DNA from: an archaeon
GTDB taxonomy: Archaea; Iainarchaeota; Iainarchaeia; Iainarchaeales; Iainarchaeaceae
Length of the DNA stretch: 46,783 nt
Direction: 5' to 3'
Assembly: GCA_035289485.1 (NCBI GenBank)
Contig: DATDXA010000043.1
Location: forward strand, 1-46,783
Part shown: positions 15,414 through 25,809 of the stretch, piece by piece
Layout of the letters: every line of letters starts with the position of its first letter
Position numbering within the stretch: position 1 is the first letter of the stretch
Program-made: the position numbers and the translations under genes
The notes under the pieces: generated by a model
What the model was told of the DNA's origin: nothing
Database searches by the model: none
Seen by the model: only the letters and a program-made list of their open reading frames with translations

Positions 15414-17582
15414 TTGCCTGCGAGAAACTTGTTTGTGATTTTTTTTGCCTTTCTTATTGCCAGCGCAGCATTTGCCGCGCTGCCTGCAATAACTAGTGTC
15501 ACAAATCCAGAGGGCAAGTGGAGTAGTGACTCTTCGCCTTCTTTCAAGGCATCTTATTCTGGAGTGGATGGCTATAGTTATGAGTTTGACGCTTCAGAAG
15601 ACACAATTCCGGACACCACCATTGATTCTACAAGCAGCACCATATTGCCAGGGTCAAAGCAGGACGGCATTTATTGGTTCCATTTGAGGGCACATTCAGC
15701 TGACGGCTGGTCAGAAACCAGGCATTACAAGGTCATGATAGACAGTTCGCGCCCGACAAGGCCAGGTTCCCAGTTGGCGATTCCACAGCCTGACGGAAGC
15801 GTTTTGGTTTCTTGGGTGGCCTCTGAGGACACGCTTTCCGGAATGTCGCACTACAACGTTTACAGGAGCACGCTGCGGTTTGTGAGTGATGGCCAGATAT
15901 CCAGGGAATTTGCAATTACAGATCCGGTAGCCAAGCTTGTTGGCTTGCGTGTCACAGGCACGAGTTTTACTGACACTAATTTTGTCATTGGGGAGGGCTA
16001 CCGCTTCCACTACAAAATAGAGCCTGTCGACGCCGCGGGAAATTCCGGCACAATAAGTTCCGTAGCATCTGTAAAGACCCTTTCTTTCTGCGACCTGGGC
16101 CTTCTTGTTGAGGCTTCACTAGCCGATAGCAACCTTCTTGTCACTGTCAATTCCGACGGCGAATTCAAGAAGGGGCATATTGTAGTGACTGCGCCTGACA
16201 GTTCCAAGGCCGTAATTCTGGAAAGCGCCTCCAACATAAAAGAAGTTTCCGTAGGCTATTATCTTGGCGGAAAGCCAAATGGTGACTACAATGTCTCGTT
16301 TTCCTCATTCGATGCGGATGGCGATGCCTGTTCTGCGGAAAAGATTTTTGTCTATGACACCCTCTCTCCAGAGGTCTCCATTCTGAATCCGCCTTCGTCA
16401 CAGGTGCTTGAAAATGAGGTCAAGTTCACAATTCGGGCCATTGACAATGGTGAAGGTGCGTCCGGAATTTCAAAGGTCTCGCTTTTCATTGTTGATAATT
16501 CCAGTGAAAAGCTCATTGGCGATGCCAAACTTGAGGGTGATGTATATGCCATGGACTGGAACACGCTCAATTATGAAAATGGGCGCTTCAAGGTTATTGC
16601 AAGGGCAACCGACAGGGGCGGGAAGTCCAACGAAGTCTTTGCACTCTACAACATAAGCAACACTTTTTTTGCAAGGGCAGCGGCAGAACAGAATATTTCT
16701 GCTGCCGAGGAGGAGATGAAGTCGGCTGTCGATTATATGGAGAGTCTTCGTGCCAAGAACATCAACGTTGATTCGCTTGTGCGCCTTGCAGCGCAGGCGG
16801 ACTCCAACCTCAACGCCGCAAAGGACCTGTTCTCCAAGAACATTAATTTCGAGCTTGCCGGCCAAAATGCGCAGGCTGCAAAGTCCATGTATTCTTCATT
16901 AAAGTCCAAGTACACAATGAGTTCGTATTCCACTGGGCAGTATTCTTACAACGAGAGCCAGCTTGATGTTTTCTACGCCGCCGCAGGATTGCCGCAAAAT
17001 CTTGTGGCTGATGCAAAGTCGAAAAAAGGGAGCCTGTTCCCGTCGAGAAAACTGGAGATTCTTCAGGTGAAGGCAGACAGCAACACTTTTTACGTTGCGA
17101 ATGTAATCTTGGGTATTTCTAACCGCGACAGGAATTCCGTTTCGTTTATTCTTATAGAGCCATTTCCAAAACAGTTTGCTGATGGCGCTTCCGGTGTCTC
17201 TTCTATAACTCCGTTTGAGGTGCTTCGCAAAGACCCTGTAATCTCTTTTGGGCCGTTTGACATGAATTCGGGCTCCAAGAAGGAAATAATTTACGGGATT
17301 TCAAAGCAACTTACAAAGTCACAGGCAGACAGGCTGATTTCAGGCAAAATCCTAGATTATTATGTCTCGCCGCCCATAGTCCTGAGCCCGAACTCTGATG
17401 TTTCAGGCATAAAGTCAGAGCCTCTTTTCGGTGGGGTTGATTTGCCGCAGATAAATATCAGCAAAGACAATCTCCTCATTGTTGCCATTGCGGGAATATT
17501 AATATTTGGCATACTTTTCGTTCTGCTGCTGCTTGTCATTGCGGCTGTGTACTATTTCGTGATAAGGAAAAGGAAGAAGTGA
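15414..17582 (+). CDS. large secreted, membrane-anchored protein with FN3/Ig-like domains
   Basis: Signal peptide (start probably TTG 15414 after GGTG), DGIYWFHLRA, YKIEPVDAAGNS, NGRFKVIARATD, C-terminal TM helix plus RKRKK. Confidence 0.8.
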   Translation: MPARNLFVIFFAFLIASAAFAALPAITSVTNPEGKWSSDSSPSFKASYSGVDGYSYEFDASEDTIPDTTIDSTSSTILPGSKQDGIYWFHLRAHSADGWSETRHYKVMIDSSRPTRPGSQLAIPQPDGSVLVSWVASEDTLSGMSHYNVYRSTLRFVSDGQISREFAITDPVAKLVGLRVTGTSFTDTNFVIGEGYRFHYKIEPVDAAGNSGTISSVASVKTLSFCDLGLLVEASLADSNLLVTVNSDGEFKKGHIVVTAPDSSKAVILESASNIKEVSVGYYLGGKPNGDYNVSFSSFDADGDACSAEKIFVYDTLSPEVSILNPPSSQVLENEVKFTIRAIDNGEGASGISKVSLFIVDNSSEKLIGDAKLEGDVYAMDWNTLNYENGRFKVIARATDRGGKSNEVFALYNISNTFFARAAAEQNISAAEEEMKSAVDYMESLRAKNINVDSLVRLAAQADSNLNAAKDLFSKNINFELAGQNAQAAKSMYSSLKSKYTMSSYSTGQYSYNESQLDVFYAAAGLPQNLVADAKSKKGSLFPSRKLEILQVKADSNTFYVANVILGISNRDRNSVSFILIEPFPKQFADGASGVSSITPFEVLRKDPVISFGPFDMNSGSKKEIIYGISKQLTKSQADRLISGKILDYYVSPPIVLSPNSDVSGIKSEPLFGGVDLPQINISKDNLLIVAIAGILIFGILFVLLLLVIAAVYYFVIRKRKK

Positions 17583-18643
17583 GCAAATTGCACCTGCAGG
17601 ATTTCTTGAAGGCAACTGCAAAGGAAGTGAACGCAGAGCTTTCGGCATTTTTCCCAAAGAAAATAACTGAAAAATGGGTCTCCAGCTCTTTAGGAAAGCC
17701 AGAGTTCGGCTACGATTTAAATGCCTCGCAAAAGGCGATTGCTGAGCCCATTTGGGATTTCCTCTCAAGGGGCGGAAAGAGATGGCGCCCGGCGCTTCTA
17801 CTTCTTGCATGTGAGGCTGCGGGGGGCTCGCGCAAAAAAGCCATGCCTTTTACAGTAATCCCTGAATTGGTCCACAACGGGACAATAATGGTTGATGATA
17901 TCGAGGACAATTCAACAGTTAGGCGAGGCAAGCCATCCACCCATCTGCTTTTTGGCGTTGATGTCGCGGTGAATGCGGGAAATGCCATGTACTACATTCC
18001 CCTAAAGGTTCTGATAAATGACCGCAAGCTTTCTGCGCAAGTGAAGGCGCAGATTTATGACATTTATTCGGTTTCCCTGCTGCGGCTCTCTTTTGGCCAG
18101 GCAATGGACATACACTGGCACAAGGGAGGCTCGAATGTGAGTGAGGCTCAGTACCTGCAGATGTGCTGCTACAAGACAGGTTCGCTAGCAAGGCTTTCAG
18201 CAGAGCTTGGCGCGGTCCTTGGCGGTGCAAATCCGGAGCACGTTTCGCGTTTTGGGGATTTTGCCGAGAGTATCGGGGTCGCGTTTCAGATTCAGGACGA
18301 TATACTAAATCTCAAGCCGGAGCATGTTGAGTGGGGAAAGGAAATCGGCGAGGACATAAAGGAGGGGAAGAGAAGCCTTATTGTGATACATGCGCTTTCC
18401 ACGGTTGCCGCGCAAAAGAAGAACCGCCTGCTTGGAATACTGAATTCAAAGGAAAAATCTGATGACGATGTCAAGGAAGCCATTTCAATTATTGATTCTG
18501 CAGGCTCAATTGAATACGCCAAAAAGGTCGCGCGCCGCCTTGTTCTTAGCAGCTGGAACAAGCTTGAAAAAAAGCTCAAGGATTCGGAGGCAAAATCGCT
18601 CCTGAAAGAATTTGCGGATTATATGGTTGAGAGAAGCCAGTGA
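17579..18643 (+). CDS. geranylgeranyl diphosphate synthase (polyprenyl synthetase)
   Basis: GGKRWRP, VDDIEDNSTVRRG, FQIQDDILN. Confidence 0.92.
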   Translation: MSKLHLQDFLKATAKEVNAELSAFFPKKITEKWVSSSLGKPEFGYDLNASQKAIAEPIWDFLSRGGKRWRPALLLLACEAAGGSRKKAMPFTVIPELVHNGTIMVDDIEDNSTVRRGKPSTHLLFGVDVAVNAGNAMYYIPLKVLINDRKLSAQVKAQIYDIYSVSLLRLSFGQAMDIHWHKGGSNVSEAQYLQMCCYKTGSLARLSAELGAVLGGANPEHVSRFGDFAESIGVAFQIQDDILNLKPEHVEWGKEIGEDIKEGKRSLIVIHALSTVAAQKKNRLLGILNSKEKSDDDVKEAISIIDSAGSIEYAKKVARRLVLSSWNKLEKKLKDSEAKSLLKEFADYMVERSQ

Positions 18644-18662
18644 CTATTGCAATTTTTTGAAT

Positions 18663-19403
18663 TTAAACTTCCTCGTATTCCTTGCTGACCTTGTGCACGG
18701 TAATCCCTTTTTCATCTATTGCCATCGGGTGCAGCTCTTCTGAGTGCTTAGTTGCCCTCATTTTGCGGATGTGAAGTGTCCTGTTGCTGCGTGTGCCGAT
18801 TCCCATGTAATGAAGCGCAATAACCCCGTCAACAACATACTCCTCTATCCCAAATTTCCCAAAACTGTTTTCCTGATTGCCCATTTCGGTTGTCATTATT
18901 GTCGTGACCCCGATTCTCATGAGCAAATATGAAAGTTTTCTGATTGCATTTCTCACTTCGTTCTCGTTTTCGAAGTTGAATCCGAGTGCCGGTATGGAAT
19001 CTATAACGAGCCTTTTCGCGCCGCTCCTTTTTGCAACGCGCATGATCTCCAAAAGCAACTTGTCAATGTCAAAGCCGCTTGCAGGCATTGAGAACTGCTC
19101 CTCGCTTGGCATTCCAAGCTTTGCAAGGCTGCCATCGATTATGTGCACCTTATCCATTTCCTCAAGTTTTCTTATGTCCCAGCCGAACCTTGTCATGTCC
19201 TGGCGTATGAGTTCCGGCCTCTCATCTAAAGTGACATAAATCCCGGGGTCGTTGTATTTTTTTGCGCCGTTGTATATGAACTGCGTGCAAAAAATTGTTT
19301 TCCCAGTGCCGCACCCGCCCGAGAGCAGCATTGTCCTGCCCTCTGGTATGCCCCCTTCCATCAGCTCATCTAGGCCATTTATGCCTGAAGGTACCCTGTT
19401 CAT
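18663..19403 (-). CDS. KaiC-like RecA-superfamily ATPase
   Basis: RVPSGINGLDELMEGG, GGCGTGKT Walker A, RLVIDS, IRKMRATKH. Confidence 0.9.
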   Translation of the reverse strand: MNRVPSGINGLDELMEGGIPEGRTMLLSGGCGTGKTIFCTQFIYNGAKKYNDPGIYVTLDERPELIRQDMTRFGWDIRKLEEMDKVHIIDGSLAKLGMPSEEQFSMPASGFDIDKLLLEIMRVAKRSGAKRLVIDSIPALGFNFENENEVRNAIRKLSYLLMRIGVTTIMTTEMGNQENSFGKFGIEEYVVDGVIALHYMGIGTRSNRTLHIRKMRATKHSEELHPMAIDEKGITVHKVSKEYEEV

Positions 19404-19508
19404 GCAATCAGTATTAGTTTGAATTGAACTTGTATTTATAGCAACCGCTGCGCAAAAGTCCGGGCGCAACATTAGGTTTAAGTTAGTTTCCGGATTTGAT
19501 TGAATAGT

Positions 19509-20753
19509 ATGACATTCCGATTTATCGTTTTCTTTGCCCTTGCGGCCTTGATATTCACTTCATATGTTTCCGCTGGCCAAAGTGACATCATCGCGCTGAC
19601 AAATGTCGGCACCACGCCTTCAAGCATTTATCCTGGCGATATAGTGACAATCAACTTCACTGTCCAGAACGCCAGTGCAACCGGGCAGATTGCCGAGGAA
19701 ACAGTGGTTTCTTTTGGCGAGCTAAACTCAAATTATTTTGAAGTTGTGAAAGGCTCGGAGAATCTCGGGTCAATAAGCGGCAGGGATTCAAAACCGGTTT
19801 CACTGCGCCTTAATGTGTTGGCCAATGTCCTTCCAGGGAACTACCAGGTTCCCATAAAGGTCACTTATATGAACGGCACAACACAGTTGACCCACACAGA
19901 TGAAATAAATCTAGACCTTTCCTCTTGTAGAATTCTCAAGGTTGAAGACATTGCCCTTAGCAGCAGCACGCCGCACATTGGCGACACTCTCGGGATTTCC
20001 GCGACCATAAAGAATGTGTGCGCGACATCGGCAAGAAATGTCGGGGTTGAGCTGCGGCCTGTTTCAAAATCCACGATTGCGCCATTCGTTGTTCCAGAAG
20101 GCACCACAAAAAAAATCGGCGACATGCCTCCTATGGGTTCAGCAGAAGTTTCCTTTTCGGTGCTTCTTGGCGACAGGGTAGCTGCCGACACTTATGTGTT
20201 CTCAATTGATGCGAACTGCGATGACTGCACTAAAACTTTTACAAATCAGTTCTCTTTTCTCGCGCTCGGAAAGCCAGAGCTTGTTTTCTCAAGCATTGAT
20301 TACTCCGTTGAAGGCGCGCTTGGCAATGACAAGCAGATAATGCAGGGCAGCCCATTTACGCTTTCAATCCAGCTCGATAATATTGGCAAGGAAAAGGCAA
20401 AAGCTGTCGAGGTTGTAATAGACTTTGGAAGCGGCATCAAGGGCGCTGGCAAATCATTCTTAGGGAACATTGACCCGGACGATTCCGGTGCCGCGGTATT
20501 CTCTCTTTCTGCAGGGTACGATGCAAAACCGGGAGCGCAGCCCGGAACAATAACTGTGCGCTATATAGATGAAACAGCCAAAACACAGGAATTTTCACAG
20601 ACTTATTCGCTGTATGTAAATGAAGTCCCCCCAACAAGCCCAGTGGTTTACATTTTCATTCTTGTCCTGCTCATTGCAGTGCTAGGCTTGATTTATTTCA
20701 TAGTGCGTTTCGTGTTTCGGCAGCTAGCCATACGGAAGGCACAGTCACGATGA
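19509..20753 (+). CDS. S-layer-domain (COG1361-like) exported protein
   Basis: Signal peptide, repeated Ig-like segments (PGDIVTINFTVQN), C-terminal TM; upstream of ABC genes. Confidence 0.75.
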   Translation: MTFRFIVFFALAALIFTSYVSAGQSDIIALTNVGTTPSSIYPGDIVTINFTVQNASATGQIAEETVVSFGELNSNYFEVVKGSENLGSISGRDSKPVSLRLNVLANVLPGNYQVPIKVTYMNGTTQLTHTDEINLDLSSCRILKVEDIALSSSTPHIGDTLGISATIKNVCATSARNVGVELRPVSKSTIAPFVVPEGTTKKIGDMPPMGSAEVSFSVLLGDRVAADTYVFSIDANCDDCTKTFTNQFSFLALGKPELVFSSIDYSVEGALGNDKQIMQGSPFTLSIQLDNIGKEKAKAVEVVIDFGSGIKGAGKSFLGNIDPDDSGAAVFSLSAGYDAKPGAQPGTITVRYIDETAKTQEFSQTYSLYVNEVPPTSPVVYIFILVLLIAVLGLIYFIVRFVFRQLAIRKAQSR

Positions 20754-21886
20754 TAAAATTATCTTTTTCAAACCTGTTCCGGCGCAAGACCAGAACAGCG
20801 CTCTCAGTCTCAAGTATAGCGATAGGCGTTGCAGCAATCATAGTCCTTGTTTCCCTAGTCGATGGCTTTACCGGCCAATTCGACGAAGTGATAAGCCAAT
20901 TCAAGGGCATAATGGTGATTGAAAAAGGCGCGGGTGATAGCACACTCTCAAGGCTCGATGAATCATATAAACAAAAAATAGAATCTATTGCAGGAGTTCG
21001 CACCGCAATCCCTGAAATATGGGTGCTTCCTGATAAGGTCGATGGCAAGGCAATTTCCGCAAATTCCTTTACCCCGCCTGTCATCTATGGCCTTGACATA
21101 CAAGAATATTTTTCCACCAATGCGAAAGGCTGGATTACGGAAATCGACAAGGGCACTTCGATAAAATCTTCCGACACAGGATGGGTTCTTATAGGGAAAA
21201 AAGTCGCGGAGGATTACGGCAAATTCGTTGGCTCCACAATAAAAGTGAATGAAAAGACCTTTAGGGTGAAAGGCATTCTAAAGGGCGATAGCGATGCGGT
21301 TTCAACTATAATTGCAATGAATTTAGCCGATGCAAGGGATGCCGCAGGGTTTGACGCCCAAAAAGTGAGCACGTTTCTTGTAATCCTCACGGACTCTTCT
21401 CTTGACAAGCAGGTTTCCTCCCTAATTGAGCTAAAGTACCCTGATGATTTGCAGACCTTTACGCAAGCCGACCTCTCAGAGCAGTTCAACAGCATCATAG
21501 GGAATCTGCGATTGCTCGCAATCGTAATAGCGCTCATATCAAGTGTGGTTGCAGGCATCGGCATTGCAAACACAATCCTTATGAGTGTTCTTGAGCGGTT
21601 CAAGGAAATCGGCGCGCTCAAAGCTGTTGGATGGGCAAATTCAAACATTGTGAAAATGATTCTCTACGAAGCTGCTTTCCTCGGAATAATCGGCGGACTT
21701 TCCGGCATCGCAATCGGATATGGCGTTGACATGCTGCTTGCTTCTGTTGTAGGGGTGCGATACTCAATATCTCCAGGGCTTCTTGCATGGAGCTTTGGCT
21801 TTGCAATCCTGCTTGGGCTGATTGCAGGAATATACCCCGCATTTTACGCCTCGCGCCTGAGCCCGATAGACGCGCTGAGGTCTTAA
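20750..21886 (+). CDS. MacB/FtsX-type ABC transporter permease
   Basis: NLFRRKTRTALS, SVLERFKEIGALKAVG, YPAFYASRLSPIDALR. Confidence 0.92.
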   Translation: MIKLSFSNLFRRKTRTALSVSSIAIGVAAIIVLVSLVDGFTGQFDEVISQFKGIMVIEKGAGDSTLSRLDESYKQKIESIAGVRTAIPEIWVLPDKVDGKAISANSFTPPVIYGLDIQEYFSTNAKGWITEIDKGTSIKSSDTGWVLIGKKVAEDYGKFVGSTIKVNEKTFRVKGILKGDSDAVSTIIAMNLADARDAAGFDAQKVSTFLVILTDSSLDKQVSSLIELKYPDDLQTFTQADLSEQFNSIIGNLRLLAIVIALISSVVAGIGIANTILMSVLERFKEIGALKAVGWANSNIVKMILYEAAFLGIIGGLSGIAIGYGVDMLLASVVGVRYSISPGLLAWSFGFAILLGLIAGIYPAFYASRLSPIDALRS

Positions 21887-21898
21887 GGAGTTGCAAAA

Positions 21899-22642
21899 AT
21901 GGCTGCTGCACACGAAGATGACATTGTAATAGAGTTAAAAGATGTCAAAAAAATTTACAAGATGGGCGAAACAGAGGTGCGCGCCTTAAATGGCGTTTCA
22001 CTAAAAATCTCCCGCGGGGATTTTGTTGTGATAGTAGGACCCAGCGGCTCTGGTAAAAGCACACTGATGCACATAATGGGAACGCTCGACCATCCAAGCG
22101 AGGGGGAAGTTTTCTACGATGGCGGCGCAATAAAGGTTCTTGATGACTGGCACCTTGCAATGCTGCGGCGCAAAAAAATCGGCTTCATTTTCCAAAACTT
22201 CAACCTGATTCCAACGCTCAATGCTTATGAAAATGTGATGATTCCAACCGAGCCGCTTTCCGGAAACAAGGAGTCTCTTGAGGAGAGGGGCATCGAGCTT
22301 CTAAAAAAAGTGGGCCTTGGAAACAGGATGCTTCATAGGCCAGATGAACTAAGCGGGGGCCAGAGGCAGAGGGTTTCAATTGCGCGCGCGCTCATAAATG
22401 ACCCGGAGATTATTTTCGCAGATGAGCCTACCGGAAATCTCGACTCCGCAACAGGCAAGCAGGTAATTGAATTAATGTACGAGCTAAACCAGCGCGAGAA
22501 AAAGACGTTCGTTCTCGTAACCCACGACCCCTCACTTCTAGATTATGCCTCAAGGAAGGTTTTCATCCTGGACGGGATTATAACCAAAATCGAGGAGAAT
22601 GGCTCTCGCAAGGCCGTTGCAAAGCGTAACAAGGAAAAATAA
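21899..22642 (+). CDS. ABC transporter ATP-binding protein (LolD/MacB type)
   Basis: GPSGSGKST, LSGGQRQR, ADEPTGNLD. Confidence 0.95.
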   Translation: MAAAHEDDIVIELKDVKKIYKMGETEVRALNGVSLKISRGDFVVIVGPSGSGKSTLMHIMGTLDHPSEGEVFYDGGAIKVLDDWHLAMLRRKKIGFIFQNFNLIPTLNAYENVMIPTEPLSGNKESLEERGIELLKKVGLGNRMLHRPDELSGGQRQRVSIARALINDPEIIFADEPTGNLDSATGKQVIELMYELNQREKKTFVLVTHDPSLLDYASRKVFILDGIITKIEENGSRKAVAKRNKEK

Positions 22643-22654
22643 TTTTTTTGGTGT

Positions 22655-23791
22655 GTGCAAATGCTAAAACAAAGCTTCATGAACCTCTCACGCCATAAGT
22701 TGCGCACAGCGCTCTCCGTTCTCGGAATAATCCTTGGTGTATCCTCCCTAATACTTCTCGTTTCAGTTGTTGATGGCATAAGGCTTGATATTGAAAATGC
22801 GTTCAGCAAGGCGCAGGGGGCAAGGGTTTCATCCCTGCACGGTGGCGACCCGGTGCTAAGCCAGCTCGATGAGAGCTGGATACCAAAGCTTGAGAAAATC
22901 GCCGGGGTTAAGATCGCCGTCGGAAACATTATCCAGAGCACGCGCTTTGTTGATGGCAAGCAGCAGGATCTCTTTAGCGGGCCGCGGGTGCTTGGAATTG
23001 ATGTTGACCGCTCTCTTAAGGCCACATCCACTGGGTTTTCCGGTGAACTTTTGGAAGGCCGAGATTTCAAATCAGCAGACCGCGGAGTTGCGCTTATTGG
23101 CAAGGCAGTCCAAGACAATTTCGACAAGTTTGTCGGGACAAAAATAAAAGTGAATGATAAGAGCTTTACAATTGTTGGCGTTTACACAACCGGGTCTGAT
23201 TTAATCGACAATTCGATTCTTGTGCCGATTGATGATGCGCGGGAGGCAACCGGCTTTCCAAAAGGGAAAGTAAGTTATTTTAATGTCCAGCTAGTAAACC
23301 CAAAAGATGACCAGGTCGTGGTTGACCGAATAAACCTGATTTATGGCGACAAGATAATGGCACAGAGCCTTAGCGATTTTTCCTCACAGTTTGGCCAGCT
23401 ATTTGACAGCATCACAGCACTTGTCGTGATACTCGCCTCCATTGCATCGGTTGTTGCCGCAGTTGGCGTAATCAACACAATGCTCATGAGTGTACTTGAA
23501 AGGTTCAAGGAAATCGGCGCTCTCAAGGCCGTTGGGTGGACAAGCGAAAACATAATGGCTCTTGTTGTCTTCGAATCCGTATTAGTCGGGATTATTGGCG
23601 GCCTTGCAGGGGTGCTGCTGGGGGTTGCTCTTGCAGGTTTTACCAACTCCTTTCTCTTGGCAACGCATGTGTCAACGCCGCTAATACTCGGTTCATTTAT
23701 TGGCGCGGTCTTTGTGGGGCTTCTCGCCGGAGTATATCCTGCATTCGTGGCCTCGCGAATGGACCCTGTTGAAGCCCTAAGATTTGAATGA
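22655..23791 (+). CDS. MacB/FtsX-type ABC transporter permease
   Basis: NLSRHKLRTALS, SVLERFKEIGALKAVG, SRMDPVEALRFE. Confidence 0.92.
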   Translation: MQMLKQSFMNLSRHKLRTALSVLGIILGVSSLILLVSVVDGIRLDIENAFSKAQGARVSSLHGGDPVLSQLDESWIPKLEKIAGVKIAVGNIIQSTRFVDGKQQDLFSGPRVLGIDVDRSLKATSTGFSGELLEGRDFKSADRGVALIGKAVQDNFDKFVGTKIKVNDKSFTIVGVYTTGSDLIDNSILVPIDDAREATGFPKGKVSYFNVQLVNPKDDQVVVDRINLIYGDKIMAQSLSDFSSQFGQLFDSITALVVILASIASVVAAVGVINTMLMSVLERFKEIGALKAVGWTSENIMALVVFESVLVGIIGGLAGVLLGVALAGFTNSFLLATHVSTPLILGSFIGAVFVGLLAGVYPAFVASRMDPVEALRFE

Positions 23792-23831
23792 AAAAATCAG
23801 GTGCGGGATTTTGCGAATTCCCCTGTTCAGT

Positions 23832-25691
23832 TCATTCCCTGTAAACTTCATTAACCCCGTTTATTTGTATAATTTTTTTTCTTGTCTCCTCATATTGCCC
23901 GAGGTTTTTGAGCCTTATTATGAAAACGCATGTTACCTTGCCTGAGGCTGATGCCTTTGCATTTGCTGATTTTAAATAAATCTTGTTGTGCGAGAAAACG
24001 TGCAGGATGTCCCGTAATATTCCGAGCCTGTCATTTGCCTGCACAATAATGTTTGTTTCGTATGCCGCTGATTTTTCATCCCAGAACACTTCCGTTTTTT
24101 TAGCTCCGTCCTTTAGTGCTTCGCTGCAATCTGCCCTGTGAACTGAAATTTTTCTTTTTGTGGTCCTTATTCCGATTATTTCATCTCCCGGAAGCGGGCT
24201 GCAGCACTTTGCAAGCCTAACCCTGTTATCGTCAGTTTTTATTGCGCCGGCAGAGATTTGTCGCAGCGCGCTTCCGCTGCTGCCTGCCTTGCCAATGTTT
24301 AGCTTGGCCCTTATTTTTTGCTGAGCCTTGCCGCTTTTTGAAAATGATAGCCAGCTCATTTTCGGTTTTTGCTTTGATGATGTGAGTATTTCCACAACAT
24401 CGCCATTCCTTATGGTGGTGTTTAGCGAAACCATGTTGCCATTTATCTTTCCGCCAACGCACTTATCGCCAATGTCAGAGTGCACAGCATAGGCAAAATC
24501 AATTATTGATGCCCCTTCCGGAAGTTCAATTACCTGTCCCTTGGGTGTCATTGCAAACACCTCCTTTCCGAAAATATCCATTTCAGTTTTTCCTCCAGCG
24601 CCCCTTTGCCAGTCCAGAACCTGCTTTATCCACTCAATTTTGCGGTCGTGCTTGCTGTCCTTTTTTTCGCCCTTGTATGCCCAATGTGAGGCGATTCCGA
24701 ATTCCGCAAAGTCGTGCATTTCCTTTGTGCGTATCTGTATCTCTATCGGGGTTCCATTTTGCGTGAACACGCTTGTGTGCAGCGATTTGTAACCATTTTC
24801 CTTTGGCTTTGCGATGTAGTCATCAAATTCCCCGGGAACCGGTTTCCACATGCTGTGCACAATTCCAAGAACCTCATAGCAGTCCTTGATTGAATCCGTT
24901 ATCACCCTAAGCGCCATTAAATCGTATATTCCCCTAATCCCGACATTTTTCCTCTTCATCTTTTCGTGGGTCGAGTATGCGGTTTTCACCCTTCCGAAAA
25001 TGGATGCGTGTATCTTTGCGGCTTTGAGTGAATATTCTAGCCCGGATTTCGCATTTTCTATTTCCGCACTTGTCCTGCTCGTGATTGAGCGTATTTCATT
25101 TTCTATTTCATTGTACGTTTTTGGCTCCTCATATCTGAACGCGAGCTCTTTCATTTCCGTGCTTATGGAATAGATATTCAGCTTGTGTGCTAGCGGCGCG
25201 AAAACTTCCTTTGCCTGCCACAAAAACTGCCTGCGCTCCCCTTCAGGGATATTTTCTATTTTTCGCAGCTTGTCAAGCGCTTCCCCTAGCTGGAGTATCA
25301 CGACATTTGGGTTTGTTGTCAGTACCACCATCATTTTTTTTGTGGAGCTTTCCTTTTCAAGCGGGTTGACTTCAAGCGCTTTTTCAAATCTTGCTTTCGA
25401 ATCCACAAGCTCAGCTATTTCCTTGCCGAATTCCGCTTCTAGCTCCGCAATTGACATGCCGTGGTCAAGCGTATTGTGAAGGATTGCTGCAACCACGGTA
25501 TTCATGTCCATGCCGAGTTTAAGCATAATCCTTGCAACGCCAATATTATGGCTTTTGTAAATGCCCTCATTAAGGTTTGCAAGCCTGAATACGTTTGAAA
25601 TTGTCCTGAATGCCTTTGCGGCGTCCTCGTTTTCGCCGAAATGCTCCCTGAACTCTTTCCAGAATTCGGCTATTTCCTCCTGATTGTCCAT
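23832..25691 (-). CDS. long RelA/SpoT homolog (degenerate HD, synthetase, TGS, ZFD, ACT)
   Basis: FAPLAHKL, GRVK, DLMALRV, EFDDYIAKPKENGYKSLHT, EIQIRT, DFAYAVHS, LAKCCSPLPGD, DRLGILRDI. Confidence 0.92.
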   Translation of the reverse strand: MDNQEEIAEFWKEFREHFGENEDAAKAFRTISNVFRLANLNEGIYKSHNIGVARIMLKLGMDMNTVVAAILHNTLDHGMSIAELEAEFGKEIAELVDSKARFEKALEVNPLEKESSTKKMMVVLTTNPNVVILQLGEALDKLRKIENIPEGERRQFLWQAKEVFAPLAHKLNIYSISTEMKELAFRYEEPKTYNEIENEIRSITSRTSAEIENAKSGLEYSLKAAKIHASIFGRVKTAYSTHEKMKRKNVGIRGIYDLMALRVITDSIKDCYEVLGIVHSMWKPVPGEFDDYIAKPKENGYKSLHTSVFTQNGTPIEIQIRTKEMHDFAEFGIASHWAYKGEKKDSKHDRKIEWIKQVLDWQRGAGGKTEMDIFGKEVFAMTPKGQVIELPEGASIIDFAYAVHSDIGDKCVGGKINGNMVSLNTTIRNGDVVEILTSSKQKPKMSWLSFSKSGKAQQKIRAKLNIGKAGSSGSALRQISAGAIKTDDNRVRLAKCCSPLPGDEIIGIRTTKRKISVHRADCSEALKDGAKKTEVFWDEKSAAYETNIIVQANDRLGILRDILHVFSHNKIYLKSANAKASASGKVTCVFIIRLKNLGQYEETRKKIIQINGVNEVYRE

Positions 25692-25809
25692 AAAATTAAT
25701 TGCCCCAAATATCCTTTTATAGCAAACCAAAGGGTGCGTAAGCTTTCAATTTGCAAGGCACTACCTTTTTATTAGTTTCAAGCCATTTCTGCTATAGGAG
25801 TTTTTCGCT

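Noticed and set aside
15169..15547. ORFs overlapping tRNA-Phe, and the many antisense ORFs within long genes
   Set aside because: Shadow frames of well-supported genes with no recognisable motifs.
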